Shown piece after piece: positions 58,095-64,000 of a stretch of DNA of 64,000 nucleotides. A program made the position numbers and the translations under genes. Below the pieces are notes generated by a model. It worked only from the letters and a program-made list of their open reading frames with translations, was not told where the DNA came from and made no database searches. Source of the stretch: Fervidobacterium sp. (lineage in GTDB: Bacteria > Thermotogota > Thermotogae > Thermotogales > Fervidobacteriaceae); NCBI GenBank assembly GCA_049970055.1, contig JBMFNR010000002.1, positions 500,406 through 564,405 on the forward strand, given 5' to 3'. Numbering within the stretch: the first letter of the stretch is position 1; each line of letters opens with the position of its first letter.

Positions 58095-59332
58095 TCTATC
58101 ACTTCCCGTTTTTTCAGTTTATTAATCGTTCCGGTCACTATTTCGACATCTCCTGTAGAATCTATCCTAGCTATTCCGTAGAATATTTCAAAATATCTCT
58201 GAAACATTCCAGAAGTCCGTCTTTCAACTACGGGTTTCCAAGAGCCGCAATTCATGAAAAATTTGAGTTTACCATCGACTTTAAGAACTTCAAAATGTGG
58301 CTTGTGGCTATGTCCTACAACTATTCCATCTACGCTGTCGATTTTTTTAATGTTTCCAATATCTTGCGTAATATTATTATAATGGTATAAATAACCGTCC
58401 ATATTTTTGTAGAAGAAGATAGGAGATTTGAATATCTTAACTGCCGCTTTTTTTAGATAATCTGTCTTTTTAAATTTTCTAATTTCCATAACACTTCTGA
58501 CTATCAATTCACCTAGTTTAATACCACCTATTTTGTTCAAAAATATTATGGAAAGTTTGCTCATGAGCGGGTATTTTTTCTTCATCCATTCTTTTGCTTC
58601 GTCTTGTCTCATCATATCTATAAAGTTGTCGATCCATAATTTAAGTAAATCAACACTATTTTCGTACATCTGTGTTATCTTTTCCAGCCACAAAAACACA
58701 TCTAGTGTAGGCCTAACGTTATCGTAATCACGAATAATTTGCTCTGGGACGTATTTAATCATTTCCTTGTCAAAATTTACCATCATATATCTCGCAATAA
58801 AATCACCCAACGGTGGGATTATTTCATCACCAATTTGCGTAAATCTGTTTATCGAATCAAATTGGTTTCCGTGGAATGCTAATATTTTACTTTTCTCGTC
58901 GTAAAAATAAGGAACAATTTCGATGTTACGAAATTTTTCTTTTAACGCGTCTTTTAATTTTTCGTTTTTAAGTATATAGTAATCGTGATTACCTATTACA
59001 TACGTAATTTTCCCCGGAAAATTTCTTAAAGCTTCAAATACCTTTGGATGAGCTCTCTCAATTTGGTCTATAACTTTCCCATCAAGCAATTGGACACTTT
59101 CCCAAAAACTAACAAGTCCGAGCTCACGAATTGACTCGGATTCTAAAATTTCAAAGCCATCGCCAACGATCACTAATTCTGGATTTTCGAAATAGCTCCA
59201 ATTTTCTATAAGTGATTCAAACAAGTCATCCTGTGCAAAATCATCTTTACTATTTCCGTCACCTATGTGTAAGTCGCTTATGAATATGATATTTCTCACA
59301 AAAAACCACAACCTTATATTTTGTCTTACCAT
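58091..59332 (-). CDS. Calcineurin-like metallophosphoesterase (LpxH-like family, unknown substrate)
   Basis: ISDLHIG, VGDGFE, GNHD, FHGNQFD, GHSH, NCGSW; alternative GTG start at 59299. Confidence 0.85.
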   Translation of the reverse strand: MVRQNIRLWFFVRNIIFISDLHIGDGNSKDDFAQDDLFESLIENWSYFENPELVIVGDGFEILESESIRELGLVSFWESVQLLDGKVIDQIERAHPKVFEALRNFPGKITYVIGNHDYYILKNEKLKDALKEKFRNIEIVPYFYDEKSKILAFHGNQFDSINRFTQIGDEIIPPLGDFIARYMMVNFDKEMIKYVPEQIIRDYDNVRPTLDVFLWLEKITQMYENSVDLLKLWIDNFIDMMRQDEAKEWMKKKYPLMSKLSIIFLNKIGGIKLGELIVRSVMEIRKFKKTDYLKKAAVKIFKSPIFFYKNMDGYLYHYNNITQDIGNIKKIDSVDGIVVGHSHKPHFEVLKVDGKLKFFMNCGSWKPVVERRTSGMFQRYFEIFYGIARIDSTGDVEIVTGTINKLKKREVID

Positions 59333-60162
59333 TCGAATATCTTTTCAGGATGCACATACACAATCGTAGTTCCGGAAATATTTATCTTTTTAATTGCCCT
59401 TTCAAGCCCCCTAACGTAACGTGAAGAAATGTGGTAAAGAACAAGAAATTTTACGTTAGTATCCTTAACAAGTTCAATCACTTCATCTAAGGAAGCATGG
59501 TTGTTAAATTTTCTATCTTGTTTGTTTAAGAATGTGCACTCGTGAAATAGAATTTCCGTGTCGACTATGTCTTCTTTTTTTAAAAGAATGGTATCACCGG
59601 AAATGGTAAGTATTTTTTTTTCGTAAAGTTCCGTTATCTCATTATTTCCGAGTGTGCGTGCTAGTTGCGATATTTCGTTGCTTGGAAGGTTTCTGTATTC
59701 ATCTTTAAGTCTCCTACGTACATCGATGACATGGTAGCCAAATGAAATTTCACTGTATGTGTGATTTACCTGGAAAGGTTTTACATATCGTGTGAAAGAG
59801 CCGGAAGTTCTAAGAAATATCTTCTCATCACTTTTCACAGGGATGAAATTCAGATCAAACCTAAGATCATTATTAGCTCTTTTTAAAAATTCAGCGTATA
59901 TTTCTATCCCCTTGTTCCCTTGAGGATAGTAAACTGTAAGTGGCTTTTCTCTATCTCCCATTGCGTTGTTTCTAGTATTTATTATCGACCAAAGACCGGC
60001 GATGTGATCAACATGTCCATGAGTAAGAAAGATATGCTTTACGGCGTAAACTTTGTTGCTAAGCATCGTTGCTATACCTTCACCAGCATCAAATAAGATT
60101 CGTTCCGGTGAGTAATAAATCCATGTAGAATACAAAGCTTTACTGAAAGCTATAAAATTCAA
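59326..60162 (-). CDS. rnz: Ribonuclease Z (Thermotoga-type)
   Basis: FSKALYSTWIYY..LFDAGEG, THGHVDH, SGDT, HECTF, YHISSRY. Confidence 0.9.
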   Translation of the reverse strand: MNFIAFSKALYSTWIYYSPERILFDAGEGIATMLSNKVYAVKHIFLTHGHVDHIAGLWSIINTRNNAMGDREKPLTVYYPQGNKGIEIYAEFLKRANNDLRFDLNFIPVKSDEKIFLRTSGSFTRYVKPFQVNHTYSEISFGYHVIDVRRRLKDEYRNLPSNEISQLARTLGNNEITELYEKKILTISGDTILLKKEDIVDTEILFHECTFLNKQDRKFNNHASLDEVIELVKDTNVKFLVLYHISSRYVRGLERAIKKINISGTTIVYVHPEKIFEW

Positions 60163-60198
60163 AAAGACGACACCTCCAAAATCTTTTTAAAGATATTC

Positions 60199-60645
60199 TT
60201 ATTCTTTTACAACCTCTATCTTTATTTTTCCACTTACACCACCAGGAAGTTTAACTTGAACATCATATGTGCCAAGAGCTTTAATAGGACTATCAAGTAC
60301 GATCCATTTCTTATCAAATTCTTTTGAAAGAACTTTTGATATCTCATCTGCTATAGTGCTACTTGTAAGTGAACCAAATAGTTTTCCACCTTCTCCAGCT
60401 TTTGCTTTAATTTTAAAAACGTGTTTGTGTAGTTCAGAAAGCAAACTTTCGCCCTCTTTCTTAAGGGCTTGCTGTTTTTTTCTTTCTTCTTCTTTTTCTT
60501 TCTCCAGCTGTTTTAAAACTTCAGTAGTTGCTTCCTTAGCCAATCCTCTTGGCATCAAATAATTTCTTGCGTATCCATCTGAAACATTTATCACTTCGCC
60601 TTTTTTTCCAAGTTTCGGTACGTCCTGGATCAGCACAACCTTCAT
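60199..60645 (-). CDS. rplI: 50S ribosomal protein L9
   Basis: [30 protein letters not shown]. Confidence 0.98.
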   Translation of the reverse strand: MKVVLIQDVPKLGKKGEVINVSDGYARNYLMPRGLAKEATTEVLKQLEKEKEEERKKQQALKKEGESLLSELHKHVFKIKAKAGEGGKLFGSLTSSTIADEISKVLSKEFDKKWIVLDSPIKALGTYDVQVKLPGGVSGKIKIEVVKE

Positions 60646-60659
60646 ACGCACTTCCTCCC

Positions 60660-61439
60660 TTACTTGAGATTGTTTATGACCAGATACCTATCTTTGCCGG
60701 CCAAATCCTTGAGTACAATTCCGTTTGTAAGTTCAATCAGTTTGTCTGCTTGGTCACTTCCTATTTCCATAATAACTATTTTACCTTTTAAATTGTAACG
60801 TTTAAAGAATTCTTTGTAAAAATTTAGTCCATCCTTACCGGCAAAGAGCGCATGTACAGGTTCGTATGTGACTTCTTTTGGGAGCTTTGCATCTTCACGT
60901 ACGTAAGGTGGATTAGAGATGACCATCTGTATTTCATCGAAAATATCCTCGAAAGGTTCTGCAAACTTACCGAGTTTCATATCACATTTTACACCAAATC
61001 TTGATGCATTCTTAAGTGCAACGTCGAGAGCTTTTCGATCAATATCTGTCCCGTAGCACGTAATGTTTGTTTCCAAAGCTATTGTGATTAATATTGCTCC
61101 ACTTCCAACGCCAATTTCCAACACGTTTTTTATACCATACTTTCCAATATAGTCAATTGCAATTTCCACAAGCCCTTCTGTCTCCCATCGCGGTATAAGT
61201 ACTCCCTCTTCTATGTAAAACTTCCTACCGTAGAATTCGACTTCACCAATTATGTACTGTAAGGGGTATCCACTTAGCCTTTTTTCCAAAAGTTCTATGG
61301 CTTCATGCGAACATTCAACATCATCATGGGCTATAAAATACTCTTTTGGCTTTTTAGTAACGTGGCTTATCAAAATTAGAGCTTCCCTCTCGGGAAGCCC
61401 CTTATTTTTGAAAAAGCGTAGAGCATCGGAAACTTTCAC
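60660..61439 (-). CDS. prmC: Release factor glutamine methyltransferase
   Basis: [28 protein letters not shown]. Confidence 0.95.
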   Translation of the reverse strand: MKVSDALRFFKNKGLPEREALILISHVTKKPKEYFIAHDDVECSHEAIELLEKRLSGYPLQYIIGEVEFYGRKFYIEEGVLIPRWETEGLVEIAIDYIGKYGIKNVLEIGVGSGAILITIALETNITCYGTDIDRKALDVALKNASRFGVKCDMKLGKFAEPFEDIFDEIQMVISNPPYVREDAKLPKEVTYEPVHALFAGKDGLNFYKEFFKRYNLKGKIVIMEIGSDQADKLIELTNGIVLKDLAGKDRYLVINNLK

Positions 61440-61463
61440 TTCTGGAATCCCTCCAAAAAGTAT

Positions 61464-61772
61464 CTATATCCCGAGTTGTTTTCTCACTACAGGGTCAATT
61501 CTATCTGGTGTCCATGGTGGGTCAAATGTTAATTCGACTTCCACATTTCCAACTCCTTCAATGAGGCGAATTTTCATCTCAGCATCACTCATAATACCAC
61601 CAGCTAATGGACACATCGGCGTTGTCATCGTCATTAAAACTTTAACGTTGTTTTGATCGTCTACCTGGATATCATATACTAATCCAAGTGTTATGATATC
61701 TAGTCCTATTTCCCAATCAATAACCTCTTTCAATTTGTTCCAAACAGCTGTTCTTAATTCTTCCTTTGTCAT
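61464..61772 (-). CDS. DUF59/SufT-like Fe-S cluster assembly factor
   Basis: VID.EIGLDI..LGLVY, MTMTTPMCP, FDPPWTP. Confidence 0.9.
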   Translation of the reverse strand: MTKEELRTAVWNKLKEVIDWEIGLDIITLGLVYDIQVDDQNNVKVLMTMTTPMCPLAGGIMSDAEMKIRLIEGVGNVEVELTFDPPWTPDRIDPVVRKQLGI

Positions 61773-61774
61773 CT

Positions 61775-63073
61775 TTATTCATCTCCTTTCGCTAATTGCT
61801 CTATCTTTCCTGCAATATCATAGGCGACGCTTGATATATACTCTTCATCAGGCCCTTGCACAAACACCCTGATAAGTGGTTCTGTTCCAGATGGTCTAAC
61901 AACTATATTGATATCGTCTCTTTTATATTTTTCAATAATTTTCTTAACCTCTTCGTGTTCTAAAATAAGTTTGTTTTTTGTCTTTACGTTTAGCATTATC
62001 TGAGGATAGTCTGGTATTTCATCTGAAAGTTCTGACAATTTTTTACCTGACTTGACCATTACACCTATAATCTCAAGCGCGGTTATAAGTCCATCGCCTG
62101 TTGTAGACCTGTCTAAGAAAATTATATGGCCACTTCTCTCTCCGCCAACGTTTGCACCAACTTCGAGCATCTTTTCAAGCACATATCTATCGCCAACTTT
62201 TGTTCGAATAAGTTTTATGTTATTGCTTTTTAAAAAAATTTCAAGCCCCAAGTTAGAAAGCACAGTGCCAACAACAACATTGTTTTTAAGACTTCCTTCT
62301 TCCTTCATCTGTTTCGCACATATTCCTATCATCTTATCTCCATGTACTTCTTGTTTTTTCTCATCTATCAGTATACATCTGTCAGCATCACCGTCGTGGG
62401 AAATCGCTAAGTTGTGATTTGTCATCTTAGACATGGCATGTTTAGGATCGGTAGATCCGCAATTTACATTTATATTGTAACCATCAGGGGTATTGTTGAT
62501 AATTTCTACTTTCGCGTTGAGTGCTTTAAGAACGTACGGAGTAGTTTCATATGCAGCTCCATTTCCAGCGTCTACAAGGACTTTTAATCCTGTAAGGTCC
62601 AGATCGGAAAATTGTTGAACGACGTAATTGGTATACTCCTCAAAAGCAAGTTTATAATCAACTACACAACCTATCTCGTTGTAAGGTAGATAATGGATTT
62701 CTTTCATCCTATGTTCTAATGTTTCTTCAACATCGTCCGGTAATTTGAATCCCCTTGAAATAACTTTGAGTCCGTTGAACTCTGGGGGATTGTGAGACGC
62801 AGAAATCATGACACCTACGGCGTCTTCTAACTTTGTAATTACTGCAAGTGCAGGAGTTGGTAAGACACCACACCTGTATACGGTAGCTCCACCAGCCGTA
62901 GCACCGGCGGTTAATGCCGCTTCAAGCATGTCACTACTTGCACGTGTATCCTTAGCTACAAATATCCTTTTGTCTATGTACCTTGCAAGCGCATTTCCAA
63001 GTTTGAAAGCAATTTCAGGTGTCAATTCTTCATTGATTACGCCTCTTATCCCATCAGTACCAAAAAGCCGCAT
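61775..63073 (-). CDS. glmM: Phosphoglucosamine mutase
   Basis: LFGTDGIRG, MISASHNP, DGDADR, VGDRYV, RPSGTEP. Confidence 0.95.
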   Translation of the reverse strand: MRLFGTDGIRGVINEELTPEIAFKLGNALARYIDKRIFVAKDTRASSDMLEAALTAGATAGGATVYRCGVLPTPALAVITKLEDAVGVMISASHNPPEFNGLKVISRGFKLPDDVEETLEHRMKEIHYLPYNEIGCVVDYKLAFEEYTNYVVQQFSDLDLTGLKVLVDAGNGAAYETTPYVLKALNAKVEIINNTPDGYNINVNCGSTDPKHAMSKMTNHNLAISHDGDADRCILIDEKKQEVHGDKMIGICAKQMKEEGSLKNNVVVGTVLSNLGLEIFLKSNNIKLIRTKVGDRYVLEKMLEVGANVGGERSGHIIFLDRSTTGDGLITALEIIGVMVKSGKKLSELSDEIPDYPQIMLNVKTKNKLILEHEEVKKIIEKYKRDDINIVVRPSGTEPLIRVFVQGPDEEYISSVAYDIAGKIEQLAKGDE

Positions 63074-63107
63074 AACAGTGCCTCCTCATTTACTTTTCAT
63101 TTACTTC

Positions 63108-64000
<893 letters not shown>

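Noticed and set aside
58091..59332. Calling the phosphoesterase lpxH
   Set aside because: It has GNHD rather than GNRD, is much longer than LpxH, has no lpx context, and the lineage is not known to make lipid A.

Overview
A gene-dense, AT-rich bacterial chromosomal window. It is almost certainly from Thermotogota and probably Fervidobacterium or a close relative; this is inferred from the 354-aa NusG with a large insertion, the Thermotoga-type RNase Z, the DHH-CBS-CCA enzyme and the tmRNA tag ANEYVPLAA. Most of it is core genome: fliG/fliF, yceD-rpmF-plsX-glmS-clpX-tsaD, flgAHIJ, a tRNA-rpmG-secE-nusG-rplKA cluster, a thiol-redox cluster, a Fur-family regulator with a Znu-type ABC transporter, 8 tRNAs, tmRNA, porCDAB, GH57, apt, pgi, coaE, nadE, a GAF/PAS histidine kinase, panD, lepA, trpS, pbp, cca, rnz, rplI, prmC, glmM and pyrR. 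No CRISPR array, prophage or intact mobile element is visible. The least-explained signals, most of them absent from the ORF track, are five. (1) A fossil hsdM-hsdS-mrr-hsdR defence island collapsed to about 1.5 kb at the tmRNA 3' end, including an in-frame 42-aa mini-HsdS that has lost both recognition domains. (2) A roughly 175-nt rod-like base-paired element in a 0.9-kb intergenic gap. (3) A stand-alone divergent beta-clamp paralog lacking the C-terminal pocket motif. (4) A coupled rnz-metallophosphoesterase-cca trio that could be a tRNA 3'-end repair module. (5) A 24-aa Cys-containing small ORF with a strong RBS inside the redox cluster. All calls come from reading motifs by eye; no searches were run.
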